Assembly: GCA_016290905.1 (NCBI GenBank)
Contig: JAEEVO010000001.1
Span: forward strand, 61,412-125,411
Reading direction: 5' to 3'
Length of the DNA: 64,000 nt
DNA from: Lachnospiraceae bacterium
GTDB lineage: Bacteria > Bacillota > Clostridia > Lachnospirales > Lachnospiraceae
Shown: piece by piece, positions 10,143 to 19,752 of the stretch
Layout: each line of letters opens with the position of its first letter
Position numbering within the stretch: position 1 is the first letter of the stretch
Position numbers and translations under genes: made by a program
The notes under the pieces: generated by a model
Databases searched by the model: none
The model's input: the letters and a program-made list of their open reading frames with translations, nothing else
Told to the model about the DNA's origin: nothing

Positions 10143-10278
10143 GCCCTCAGTGCAAGCTCGCTTGCAATCTGAGGGCTGAGCGAACGGACACTGAGAGAGC
10201 TTGCTCTCGAAGTGTCCGTTCGCATCGAGTAGGAGTCAGCCTACTCGATTTAGTGTCCCTTTGGGACATTGTTTTTTT
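10143..10278. repeat. Array of four consecutive independent palindromic hairpins (REP-like)
   Basis: HP1 GCCCTCAG..CTGAGGGC (10143-10176). HP2 GCGAACGGACAC..GTGTCCGTTCGC with inner GAGAGC/GCTCTC (10180-10223). HP3 ATCGAGTAGG..CCTACTCGAT (10224-10249). HP4 TGTCCC..GGGACA plus a T7 run (10255-10278). Confidence 0.6.
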
Positions 10279-10356
10279 GAATAAATCATGTATACTGTGG
10301 TTTGCAGGCAAAAAGGGGGACTATAAGATTGTCAAGTCTGCGGAAAGGGAAAGAAA

Positions 10357-11403
10357 ATGAAGAAAATAGTAACAGTATTGCTGATTTTGGTTATGGTAAC
10401 GGCGATTGCATCATGTGGTAAGAGTGAAGAGAAGAACGAGCCGGCAAAGACAGAAGAAGCAACAAAGACGCCTGAGGCAACAAAGACGCCGGAGGTTACC
10501 AAGGAAGCTGAAGAGACACCGAAGCCTGAGGTCACAAAGGAAGCAGAGGTCACAGAGGCACCCGAAGCAACGGATGCACCCGAAGTAACGGAAGCGCCTG
10601 AAGTTACAGATGAACCCGAGGTGCCTACAGCTACACCTGAACCGGTAACACCTGAGCCTACAGAGGCACCGGACATCAATGAAGAAGATGAGTTTTACAG
10701 TGCCGGACATGTATTCGAAGGAACTTATCAAAGCGATCAATGTACTCTGGTCGTTATGCCTGAGGGCGCAGCAGATATATTCCTGGTTTACAACGGAAAT
10801 AACATTAATAAAGAAGAATGGGAAGAATGGCTTGAATTATGGACCAATTATTCCGAAAACGATAAAACATTCTCTGCTGACGGCGGATATAAAAGGTATC
10901 AAAACGGAGAAAAAGACTATGAGAGACTTGAGGAACAGGTAAGCTTTGTTGTTTCCGGTGATAAGCTGGTATGGACTTCAAACGGCAATATGGAATTCGC
11001 CAAGGTTTCCGGTTCGGATGATCCGGAAGGAAACGAAGCAGAAGACGATGAATTCAATAATCCCGCACATGTGTACTGCGGAACCTGGAGCAGCGAAGGA
11101 TGTACTATGGAATTGATACCTGAAGGTTATGCAATAATAGTAAGGGTAGCCTTTGGTGAGGATGCCGCATCCAAAAGCTGGACAGAGTGGGAAGAGTACT
11201 CGGAGTACTGGGTAGAATTTTCCGAGGAAGATATGACTCTGCTCTGCGATGGTGATAATTACAGAGCTCATTTCGGAACAGGGGAAGACGGCGTTGAAGA
11301 ACTCTATGAAGAAGACCCTACATGCTTTGTAATAGAAAACAGCGGATCGGGCACAGTTATTTCATGGCCGGATAACAATATAACCTTTAATAAGGTTCCT
11401 TAA
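10357..11403 (+). CDS. Lipoprotein with Pro/Thr/Glu-rich linker and an internally duplicated domain
   Basis: 348 aa. Lipobox AIASC. TKTPEATKTPEVTKEAEETPKPEVTKEAEVTEAPEATDAPEVTEAPEVTDEPEV linker. Two paralogous halves (EDEFYSAGHVFEGTYQSDQCTLVVMPEG... and DDEFNNPAHVYCGTWSSEGCTMELIPEG...). Confidence 0.6.
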   Translation: MKKIVTVLLILVMVTAIASCGKSEEKNEPAKTEEATKTPEATKTPEVTKEAEETPKPEVTKEAEVTEAPEATDAPEVTEAPEVTDEPEVPTATPEPVTPEPTEAPDINEEDEFYSAGHVFEGTYQSDQCTLVVMPEGAADIFLVYNGNNINKEEWEEWLELWTNYSENDKTFSADGGYKRYQNGEKDYERLEEQVSFVVSGDKLVWTSNGNMEFAKVSGSDDPEGNEAEDDEFNNPAHVYCGTWSSEGCTMELIPEGYAIIVRVAFGEDAASKSWTEWEEYSEYWVEFSEEDMTLLCDGDNYRAHFGTGEDGVEELYEEDPTCFVIENSGSGTVISWPDNNITFNKVP

Positions 11404-11433
11404 CTTTAAACTCGGATAAACATTTCAAAAGAG

Positions 11434-11485
11434 AAGAGGCTGTAAATCGATGGGAACAACCCATATGGTTTTACAGCTTCTTTTT
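11434..11485 (+). terminator. Intrinsic terminator
   Basis: AAGAGGCTGTAAA ... TTTACAGCTTCTT long stem (one G-U pair) followed by a T-run, 30 nt after the stop at 11403. Confidence 0.6.
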
Positions 11486-11517
11486 ATGCGAAAAAGTAAC
11501 CAACTTTTATAAAACAC

Positions 11518-11546
11518 TTGAAATATATTTGTAAAAATGTTATAAT
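11518..11546 (+). promoter_or_regulatory. SigA-type promoter candidate
   Basis: TTGAAA, 17 nt spacer, TATAAT, upstream of the methyltransferase gene. Confidence 0.45.
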
Positions 11547-11640
11547 AATTCTAATTGCATTATTGGCGGAAAATCCGGTCGGATAGGGTAAAAAAGCAGA
11601 AGCGGATACTTAAAGTATGTTGAATAAACGGAGGTTTTAT

Positions 11641-12888
11641 ATGCGGGAGCTTATAGAAAAATATCTCTCGGAAGGCTTTGAATACGCAACGGCATCAAGT
11701 CCGCTGCCCATTGAGCCCGATCCCGATATATATACATATCTTAAGGACTGCAGTAAGCTCAAGATCAGACCGGTATTCATAAAGGGAAAGGATATGTTCC
11801 AGATAACCCGTACAGTAGGAGCAAAGGAGCTTCATGATAACATGGACCTTGAAAAGGCAGCGGCCTTATTGGAAAAGGCTGCCGGGAAACCGTTCAGGAA
11901 CATGGAGGTAGTAAACAGGGGCAGCAAGCTTACGGTTTTATCGAACAAAAAGGGACATACTACCGTTAAGGAGCATCATACAGGGCAGTTTAACAGGATC
12001 GGGGCAGAATGCAAAAATATTCGGGAAGACGGGGCTTTGGGGCTTGGATCCGGAAAGCCGTCACACAACCGTGAAAAAAAGCACATCCTTCGGGATGGGG
12101 TTCCGGTACCTTTTCTCGTTGAATTGGGAGTCATGACACCGTCAGGCAAAGTCATAGCTTCAAAATATGACAAATTCAGACAGATAAACAGGTATCTTGA
12201 ATTTATCGCAGATATCATTCCGGAACTTCCGAAAGATCGTGAGATATCAGTTATAGACTTCGGATGCGGTAAATCATATCTTACTTTTGCCATGTACTAT
12301 TATCTGCATGAAATGTCAGGGCTCGATGTAAACATAAAAGGACTTGATCTTAAGGAAGATGTTATTGATAAATGCAATCGTCTTGCTGAGCGGTTCGGAT
12401 ATGACAGGCTTTCGTTCAGTCAGGGGGATATTGCCGGTTATGAAAGCGGTACCCGTCCCGACATGGTAGTGACTCTTCATGCCTGTGATACCGCAACGGA
12501 TTATGCGCTTGAAAAGGCGGTGAAATGGGGAGCGTCGGTAATCTTATGCGTTCCCTGCTGTCAGCATGAGCTAAACCGCCAGATAAAGAATGACATACTT
12601 TCACCAATAATGAAATATGGGTTGTTAAAGGAACGGTTCGCCGCACTTCTGACAGACGGGCTAAGGGCAGAGATGCTTGAAGAAGCCGGATACAGGACGC
12701 AGATACTTGAATTCATCGATATGGAGCATACTCCGAAGAATATCCTTATCCGTGCCGTGAGGCAGCCTCTAAAGATAAAAAGACATACAGGATATGAAAA
12801 TACAGTAGAATTTATGCATGTAAAACCTACATTGCAGAAGCTTCTGTTTACCGGAACGGAAAAATATGAAGACAGGAATGAACACTAA
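11641..12888 (+). CDS. Class I SAM-dependent methyltransferase
   Basis: SAM motif I VIDFGCGKSYLTF followed by an acidic DLKED loop and LHACDTATD. ATG 11641 follows an ACGGAGG RBS (the track start 11617 is less likely). Confidence 0.75.
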   Translation: MRELIEKYLSEGFEYATASSPLPIEPDPDIYTYLKDCSKLKIRPVFIKGKDMFQITRTVGAKELHDNMDLEKAAALLEKAAGKPFRNMEVVNRGSKLTVLSNKKGHTTVKEHHTGQFNRIGAECKNIREDGALGLGSGKPSHNREKKHILRDGVPVPFLVELGVMTPSGKVIASKYDKFRQINRYLEFIADIIPELPKDREISVIDFGCGKSYLTFAMYYYLHEMSGLDVNIKGLDLKEDVIDKCNRLAERFGYDRLSFSQGDIAGYESGTRPDMVVTLHACDTATDYALEKAVKWGASVILCVPCCQHELNRQIKNDILSPIMKYGLLKERFAALLTDGLRAEMLEEAGYRTQILEFIDMEHTPKNILIRAVRQPLKIKRHTGYENTVEFMHVKPTLQKLLFTGTEKYEDRNEH

Positions 12889-15436
12889 AGCCAGGCATGG
12901 TGTCAGGCTGATTTATAAGATTTTGCTGGTGGTTGCAGTATTCATTGCGTCCCTGATATTCTTCGGCAGCGGTATAAAAGAAACATTGTTTAATAATGAA
13001 GAAGACATAACCACCATGAAAACGGCATCATTTCCCTTTATTTCCATGGAAGTGGCGGGATGTGAAATGAATCTTCTTCACGGATACGCCGCCAATCTTG
13101 ACAGTCAGGTCATAAGGGAATGCATAACACCGATAACAGAGGGAAGAAGCTTTACCGTGAATATTAAAGACGGAGAAAGCGATGTAAAAAAACTTAAGTA
13201 CGAGATTTTCAATCTTGACGGGAGACTCAAGGAGGAGGGGGATTATACCATTCTTGAGGATTCGGGAAAGAAAAGCGTTACAATAGACTTAAAGGAAATT
13301 TATGAGAGGGGAGCGGAATATATGCTCAAGATCACTCTCATAACCAATAAAAGCAGACGTGTTTATTATTACACGAGGATTAAGCTGTACGAAGACGGAA
13401 AACTGCAGGAGAAGCTTGATTTTATCATGAATTTCCACAGAAAGCTCCTGGATCCCAACGGAAAGAGAGCAGAGGATCTTATGGACTGGCTTGAACCGAA
13501 CAGAAGTACCGATCACTCTACTTTTGCAAGCGTTAATATCAAATCAAGGCTTAACATGGTTTCCTACGGTGATCTTTCACCGGTTGTAATCTGTGAGCAG
13601 CTTCCGACGGTAACCGAATTCTATGAGAATTATGCTTCGGTACGCATTGATTACATACTCGGAGTTGAAACTGGGTTCGGCACGGAATACTATCGCACGG
13701 AGGAGCATTACAGGATAGGTCTTTCGGGAAACAAGACATATCTCTATAACTATGAGAGAAGCATGGAGGAGCTCTTTGATCCGGAGAATTTTTCTGTTTC
13801 GAAGAGGGCTTTTAAACTCGGTATCTGCAACGAAGATTCGATAAACACCGCAATAAGCCCCGAAGGTAAGTATATGGCGTTTGTCTATGGCGGCGAGCTT
13901 TTGTTCTACGATCTTGAAAACAATACTGTGTCGATGGCGTTCTCGTTCAGAAGCCGTGAACGTGATTTTGAACGAGAGATATACAATAACTATAATATAA
14001 AAATTCTTAGGGTACAGGATGACGGTACCATGGACTTTTATGTCAGCGGATATATGAACGCCGGTGAATATGAGGGCAGGGTAGGTATGGTCCTTTACAC
14101 CTTTGACAATACGACGAAAACCAGGGAAGAAAGGCTGTATATGCCTATAAACAGTTCCCAGCAGGTATTTTCTTACGATCTTTCGGATTTTGCATATCTG
14201 GGAGACAAGCAGATATTCTATTTCTCTATTTACGACAGGATCTATGCGTATGATCTGGCATCGGCGGGACTGCAGGTAATTGCCGAGGGAGTTGACGCCG
14301 AAGAGATAGTATTCTGCGAGGAAGGAAATTATCTTGCGTGGAAAGAAAAAGGCAACAGTAAAAAGAAGGAAGCAATAAACATCCTTCACCTAGACAGTGA
14401 AAAACGTTACAGGATAGAGACTCCTGAAGACGGTATAAGGCTTTTCGGACGGATCAACGAAAACATCATTTACGGATTTGAGAAGTCCTCCGACGGGATA
14501 AAGCAGCGTGACGGTAGTATTGACAGACCGTGCTACACGCTTTTGATCGCGGACGGTACCGGCAAGATACTGAAGACCTATGATGAACAGGGCGTTTATA
14601 TTTCCGATGTGGAAATAGGTGAAAACATTATTACGATAAAGCGTGTCGTGAGGAACGACGAGCATGATAAGTATGATGAGATAGAAAGCGATACGATACT
14701 GAACAAGCTTGACAAAAGAGAGAATCCCATACCCGTAATAAAACAGGTGACAGACCGTATGCTTACGGAATATTATGTCGGGATCCCTGAGGGGGTGGAG
14801 ATTTCCGGGAAGCCTCAGATTGTAAGTGTGGGAAACCGGGTGCTTGACAAGGATACCATAGCCCGTATCAAGGAACCGGATGTTACTGAGAACAGGTATT
14901 ATTCCTATTCTTTCGGAAGGATTATAGAAGCAACCGAAAATGCGGCTGAGGCCATAGCGGTTTCTGACTTCAATGTCGGTACCGTTATCAACAGGGAAGG
15001 CCGGCTTATCTGGGAGCGAGGCATAAAGATGCCAAGGACCGAGATAAAAGGCTTAAAGGGGATAAAGGCTGACGAGAACTTAAGCCCGGTTCAGGCAGCC
15101 ATGAGCATGATTGCTGCATTCAGGGCATGTGAGCTGGATGTAAGCGGGTATGTTTCGGAAAACGAGAGTATTTATGATTTCCTGTGCCGGAACATGAAGC
15201 CTTCTGTTGTTGACATGACGGGAGCGGAGCTTGATGAGGTGTTGTACTGTGTATACAGACAGCATCCGGTCATTGCGGTAAGAGGAAACGGAGATATATG
15301 CGTTATTTATGCATATACTCCGACAGGAATAAAGGTTTACGATCCTTTGCTGGGCAGGAGTTTGGAAATAAATATAGCCGATGCAATAAAGGATTTTAAG
15401 ATGAGCGGAAACATATTCATAGGATATGTTGATTAA
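12866..15436 (+). CDS. Large membrane-anchored hypothetical protein
   Basis: 856 aa. Single N-terminal TM segment (LIYKILLVVAVFIASLIFFGSG) followed by a large, beta-rich extracytoplasmic region. I recognise no catalytic motif. Overlaps the upstream gene by 23 nt. Confidence 0.6.
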   Translation: MKTGMNTKARHGVRLIYKILLVVAVFIASLIFFGSGIKETLFNNEEDITTMKTASFPFISMEVAGCEMNLLHGYAANLDSQVIRECITPITEGRSFTVNIKDGESDVKKLKYEIFNLDGRLKEEGDYTILEDSGKKSVTIDLKEIYERGAEYMLKITLITNKSRRVYYYTRIKLYEDGKLQEKLDFIMNFHRKLLDPNGKRAEDLMDWLEPNRSTDHSTFASVNIKSRLNMVSYGDLSPVVICEQLPTVTEFYENYASVRIDYILGVETGFGTEYYRTEEHYRIGLSGNKTYLYNYERSMEELFDPENFSVSKRAFKLGICNEDSINTAISPEGKYMAFVYGGELLFYDLENNTVSMAFSFRSRERDFEREIYNNYNIKILRVQDDGTMDFYVSGYMNAGEYEGRVGMVLYTFDNTTKTREERLYMPINSSQQVFSYDLSDFAYLGDKQIFYFSIYDRIYAYDLASAGLQVIAEGVDAEEIVFCEEGNYLAWKEKGNSKKKEAINILHLDSEKRYRIETPEDGIRLFGRINENIIYGFEKSSDGIKQRDGSIDRPCYTLLIADGTGKILKTYDEQGVYISDVEIGENIITIKRVVRNDEHDKYDEIESDTILNKLDKRENPIPVIKQVTDRMLTEYYVGIPEGVEISGKPQIVSVGNRVLDKDTIARIKEPDVTENRYYSYSFGRIIEATENAAEAIAVSDFNVGTVINREGRLIWERGIKMPRTEIKGLKGIKADENLSPVQAAMSMIAAFRACELDVSGYVSENESIYDFLCRNMKPSVVDMTGAELDEVLYCVYRQHPVIAVRGNGDICVIYAYTPTGIKVYDPLLGRSLEINIADAIKDFKMSGNIFIGYVD

Positions 15437-15450
15437 CAGGGAGGTTGAAT

Positions 15451-16638
15451 ATGGGTAAAAAAAGAGTGTTTCTTATCGTCATGGACAGCGTGGGAGTTGG
15501 GGAACTTCCCGATGCGGCAGATTACGGAGACGAAGGCAGCAATACCGTGAAGGCGGCTGCCACCAGCGGTTTCCTCGATATGCCCGTGATGAAAAGTCTG
15601 GGGTTTTTCAATATTAAGGGGATTGATGACATGTATGACGATATCCCTTTAGCTCCTAAATATGCGGTTTCGCGTCTTGCGGAACGCTCAAAGGGCAAGG
15701 ATACGACCACAGGTCATTGGGAGATATCGGGTATAGTTTCAGAAAAGCCCATGCCGGTATTTTCAAGCGGTTTCCCGCAGGATTTCATAGATGAGTATTC
15801 TAAGAGATGCGGCCGTGGAATACTTTGCAACAAGGCGTATTCAGGTACGGCGGTCATTGCCGACTACGGCCGGGAGCATGTGGAGACAGGCAGCCTTATA
15901 GTATATACTTCGGCAGACAGTGTATTTCAGATTGCAGCGCATGAGGATGTTATCCCGGTCGAACAACTCTATGAATACTGCAGGATAGCTCGTGAGATGC
16001 TGCAGGGTGATCTGGGAGTCGGAAGAGTGATCGCACGTCCTTTTGATGGGGAATGGCCTTACAAGAGGACTTCGCACAGACATGATTTTTCTCTGGTGCC
16101 GCCTAAGGATACTATGCTTGATGTATTAAGCGGAAACGGCTTTGATGTGCTTTCTGTGGGAAAGATTATAGATATTTTTGCACAGAAGGGTATCACAGAA
16201 CACGTCCGTACGGAGAACAACGAACAGGGTATCGAAAGAACCCTTGAATATATGGACAGGGATTTTGAAGGACTTGTATTTACTAACCTTGTAGATTTTG
16301 ACATGGTCTACGGACACAGAAATGACGCGGAAGGCTATGCAAAGGCCCTTTCGTATTTTGACAGCCGCCTTCCTGAGATTCTCGGGAAGCTTAGAGATGA
16401 TGACATACTTATGATCACGGCCGATCATGGGTGTGACCCCGTGACTCCGTCTACCGATCATTCAAGGGAGTATATTCCCCTGGTAGTATACGGAAAGAAA
16501 TTAAAGACAGGAGTCAACCTCGGTACGAGGAGTTCTTTTGCCGATATAGGAGCAACGATCCTTGATTATTTCGGGCAGAAGATCACTATAGCGGGAGAGT
16601 CCTTCCTGAAAGAAATACTGAACGGGGAGATATTATGA
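15451..16638 (+). CDS. deoB: Phosphopentomutase
   Basis: [30 protein letters not shown]-terminus and ITADHGCDP motif. ATG 15451 lies 7 nt after a GGGAGG RBS. Confidence 0.9.
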   Translation: MGKKRVFLIVMDSVGVGELPDAADYGDEGSNTVKAAATSGFLDMPVMKSLGFFNIKGIDDMYDDIPLAPKYAVSRLAERSKGKDTTTGHWEISGIVSEKPMPVFSSGFPQDFIDEYSKRCGRGILCNKAYSGTAVIADYGREHVETGSLIVYTSADSVFQIAAHEDVIPVEQLYEYCRIAREMLQGDLGVGRVIARPFDGEWPYKRTSHRHDFSLVPPKDTMLDVLSGNGFDVLSVGKIIDIFAQKGITEHVRTENNEQGIERTLEYMDRDFEGLVFTNLVDFDMVYGHRNDAEGYAKALSYFDSRLPEILGKLRDDDILMITADHGCDPVTPSTDHSREYIPLVVYGKKLKTGVNLGTRSSFADIGATILDYFGQKITIAGESFLKEILNGEIL

Positions 16639-17069
16639 GACTTGTGATTCAACGGGTGACATCGGCATCTGTTACTGTGGAGGACGATGTCATCGGAGAA
16701 ATAGGTAAGGGGTTTCTGGTATTTATCGGCATCGGAAAAGAAGACAATGAAGAAACTGTCAGAAAATATGCCGATAAGATGATGAAACTTCGTATTTTTG
16801 AGGATGAAAACGGGAAAACGAACCTTTCTTTGGCACAGGTAAAAGGTGAACTGCTTCTTATCTCGCAGTTTACATTATATGCGGACTGCAGTTCAAACCG
16901 TCCCGGCTTTACACAGGCCGCTGCTCCGGCGGAGGCAGAAAGGCTTTATGATTATTTTGTCAGATACTGTAGGGAAAAAGAGGTCGCTTCTAAGGTAGAA
17001 CAGGGAAGCTTTGGTGCGGACATGAAAGTGGCGCTTTTGAACGACGGACCGTTTACGATAATACTTTGA
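16635..17069 (+). CDS. dtd: D-aminoacyl-tRNA deacylase
   Basis: 144 aa. [15 protein letters not shown]...GFLVFIGIG...ISQFTLYAD...[20 protein letters not shown] overlap with deoB. Confidence 0.9.
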   Translation: MRLVIQRVTSASVTVEDDVIGEIGKGFLVFIGIGKEDNEETVRKYADKMMKLRIFEDENGKTNLSLAQVKGELLLISQFTLYADCSSNRPGFTQAAAPAEAERLYDYFVRYCREKEVASKVEQGSFGADMKVALLNDGPFTIIL

Positions 17070-17104
17070 TGAACGGTACAAAAATGAATTTACAGGAGAA
17101 TGCC

Positions 17105-19690
17105 ATGAAAAGAGAAACCACCGGCCTTGTTTATACAAATGACAGATGTATCGGATGTAACCGATGCATAATGGTATGTCCGGTCCAGGGAGCCAACAGA
17201 TCGGTAATATCCGAAGGAAAGAATAAAATACTTGTCGATCCTTCAAAATGCATACATTGCGGAAACTGTATCAGGGAATGCCGCCATCAGGCAAGGGATT
17301 ACATAGATGATACGGAAGCATTCATAAAAGATCTCGGAAATGAGAATATTTCCATAATAATCGCACCGTCATTCTTTGTTTTATATCCTTATACCTGTGG
17401 AAAGGTCATTAATTTCCTGCTTGATAACGGGATAAACTGTGCTTATGACGGAAGCCGGGGCGCGGATATAGCCCTGTGGGCGGCTTTGAAGTTTTTTGAT
17501 GAGCATCCGGAGGGGGGATACATATTCCAGACCTGTCCTTCTTTCGTAAATTTTGTAAGAACTTTTTCCAAGGAGATGCTTGAAAGGATAATACCTGTTC
17601 AGTCTCCGCCCGTATGTCTTGCAAAATATATCCATAAATATCTGAACAATAATGACAAGATAGCGTTTATAGGTCCGTGTATCGCAAAGAAGGATGAATT
17701 TGATTCTCCGGAGACGAACGGTGAGATATCCTATAACATTACCTATGACCATCTTATTAAGGCAATAGGTGATATAGATATCAGCGGGTATTCGAACGAT
17801 TTTGAAGGAAGAATGTATACGTTAGGCTCGGTTGTAGGGATCGTCGGGGGTATAAAGAGAAACCTTTCGAGATTCATTCCCGAGGATAAGTTTATTCTTT
17901 CTGTGGATAACGGAGTTTATTATCTTCCGTATTACGAGTATTACGAGAATCAGATGTTTAATGATGTTAACGCTCCTTTCGCGACAGATATAAACATCTG
18001 TGAACACGGTTGTATCGCCGGTCCGGGCACTGAGCGCATAGGACGAAATCTGGCAGAGATTGCCAGGGATTATGTAAAACTGAAGTCTGATGCGGTTGCA
18101 AAAAATCCTGAGCTTTATTCGGGGAAAAAGGACTATACGGAAAGAAAGAAGGCTCTTTATGAGATTTTTAAAGAGCTTGATCCCAAAGATTTTGAGAGGA
18201 AGTTTACCGGGAAATTTGTAAGGAAACAGACCATACCTCAGAGCGTTATAGATGAAACCTTCAACAACATGTATAAACCTTCCGCTTCAGACAGATGTAT
18301 AGACTGTGGTTCGTGCGGATACGGTACCTGCCGTGAGATGGCTGAGGCTATAGCACTCGGATATAACCGCAGGGAAAACTGCGTTTATTTCGAGAGAGAA
18401 GAGAACAAGAGACTGTATCTGACGGATATTGTGACAGGCATACCTAATGTCAGTTATTTTAACGCAAGGCTTGCAGAGATAATCAAGAGCGATCAGGGCG
18501 GAAAATATGCGGTCGTATCCTTCTCTTTAAGCGGATGGGAACTTTTGAACGAACGTTTTACATATGCTGAGGGCGACAAGACTATCATAGAATATGCATC
18601 CATTGTTGAAAAGCTTGCAAAGGAAGATGAGCTTGTGGCACATCACGGCGGCGTCGATTTTCTTGCGGTCATAAATAAAGAGAGGCTGGAGCAGTTCCTT
18701 AATGATATCCAGAGCATAGTTGTTCATCCGAATGACGGTTTGAAGGAAATAGATTATCCGGTATCCGTTACCGCGGGAATATATATGATGAATGATTATG
18801 AACGTCTGGCAGGAACCGTTATCGGACGTACAAATATCGCCGCGGCAAATGCAAAGGAAGGCGGGGCTAATATCATAATCTATGACCAGAGCATGAAAGA
18901 GCAGCTGCTGGAAACAATACAGATGATAAAGGCCTTTCCGGAAGCACTTAAAAAGTGCGAATTTCAGGTATATTATCAGCCCAAAATTGATACCGTTACC
19001 TCGATGATGCACGGAGCTGAGGCATTGGTACGATGGAAGATAAAGAAGGAACTGGTGTCTCCGGCAAAGTTCATTCCGCTTTTTGAGAAGAACGGGCTTA
19101 TCTGTCATCTTGATTTCTATATGCTTGAACATGTATGTCAGGATATAAGGAGATGGATAGACAGCGGTCTTGTACCGGTATGCATAAGCGTAAACTTCTC
19201 TAAGATACACTTTAAGGAAATGACCTTTGTTCAGGAGATTAAGAGAATAGTTGATAAATATGAGATACCTCATGAATATATCGAGATAGAGATAACTGAA
19301 AGCGCATATGAAGAGACAAAGGAAAACCTGAGGACCATTTTAAGAGAGCTTAACGTAATGGGATTTTCGACATCGATAGATGATTTCGGAGCAGGTTACT
19401 CTTCACTTAATCTTCTTTCGCAGTTTGATTTCCAGGTTCTCAAGCTTGATAAGGCTTTCCTTGATTCGGGAATAGAAGAGGAAAAGGTAAAGAATGTTGT
19501 TGACAGCGTTATTTCAATGGCAAAGAAGCTCGACATGAAGGTTGTTGCCGAAGGTGTTGAAAGACGGGAGGAGCTTGAACTGCTTCGAAAACTGTCCTGC
19601 GATCTTATACAGGGTTATTATTTTGACAGACCCATACCTACGGAGGATTTTGAGAAGAGATTGAGGATACCCGATTATTACAGGATCTGA
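17105..19690 (+). CDS. Sensory [FeFe]-hydrogenase-like (HydS-type) protein fused to a degenerate GGDEF and an EAL c-di-GMP phosphodiesterase domain
   Basis: Two ferredoxin motifs (CIGCNRCIMVCP, CIHCGNCIRECR). H-domain motifs FQTCPSF, IGPCIAKKDE and INICEHGCIAGPG. CIDCGSCGYGTCREMAEAIALGYNRRENC Fe-S motif. GGDEF-like domain carrying GGVDF. EAL motifs EALVRW, EIEITE, DDFGAGYSS, KLDKAF, EGVE and QGYYF. ATG 17105 follows a GGAG RBS. Confidence 0.8.
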   Translation: MKRETTGLVYTNDRCIGCNRCIMVCPVQGANRSVISEGKNKILVDPSKCIHCGNCIRECRHQARDYIDDTEAFIKDLGNENISIIIAPSFFVLYPYTCGKVINFLLDNGINCAYDGSRGADIALWAALKFFDEHPEGGYIFQTCPSFVNFVRTFSKEMLERIIPVQSPPVCLAKYIHKYLNNNDKIAFIGPCIAKKDEFDSPETNGEISYNITYDHLIKAIGDIDISGYSNDFEGRMYTLGSVVGIVGGIKRNLSRFIPEDKFILSVDNGVYYLPYYEYYENQMFNDVNAPFATDINICEHGCIAGPGTERIGRNLAEIARDYVKLKSDAVAKNPELYSGKKDYTERKKALYEIFKELDPKDFERKFTGKFVRKQTIPQSVIDETFNNMYKPSASDRCIDCGSCGYGTCREMAEAIALGYNRRENCVYFEREENKRLYLTDIVTGIPNVSYFNARLAEIIKSDQGGKYAVVSFSLSGWELLNERFTYAEGDKTIIEYASIVEKLAKEDELVAHHGGVDFLAVINKERLEQFLNDIQSIVVHPNDGLKEIDYPVSVTAGIYMMNDYERLAGTVIGRTNIAAANAKEGGANIIIYDQSMKEQLLETIQMIKAFPEALKKCEFQVYYQPKIDTVTSMMHGAEALVRWKIKKELVSPAKFIPLFEKNGLICHLDFYMLEHVCQDIRRWIDSGLVPVCISVNFSKIHFKEMTFVQEIKRIVDKYEIPHEYIEIEITESAYEETKENLRTILRELNVMGFSTSIDDFGAGYSSLNLLSQFDFQVLKLDKAFLDSGIEEEKVKNVVDSVISMAKKLDMKVVAEGVERREELELLRKLSCDLIQGYYFDRPIPTEDFEKRLRIPDYYRI

Positions 19691-19752
19691 AGTTGGCAAT
19701 GCAATTGAAAGGCATTTTGCTGCTTGGTATATACACAAAGAAAGGAGTATAT

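Noticed and set aside
10079-10360. A 93-aa + strand ORF spanning the hairpin array
   Set aside because: Its sequence is dictated by successive palindromes, it has no RBS, and it starts inside the cysE stop and terminator region.
10332-10740. Repeat-rich ORFs in other frames and on the other strand (SGASVTSG-type and R/K/Q-rich)
   Set aside because: They are alternate readings of the PT/E-rich stalk repeats of the lipoprotein gene. Only the + frame starting at 10357 has an RBS, a signal peptide and a lipobox.
13577-14389. A 270-aa minus-strand ORF
   Set aside because: It is embedded antisense in the 856-aa ORF and has no RBS. The I/F/Y/R-rich composition is typical of a shadow frame.
18527-19273. 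A 248-aa minus-strand ORF
   Set aside because: It is antisense to the GGDEF-EAL coding region, whose motifs are unambiguous.
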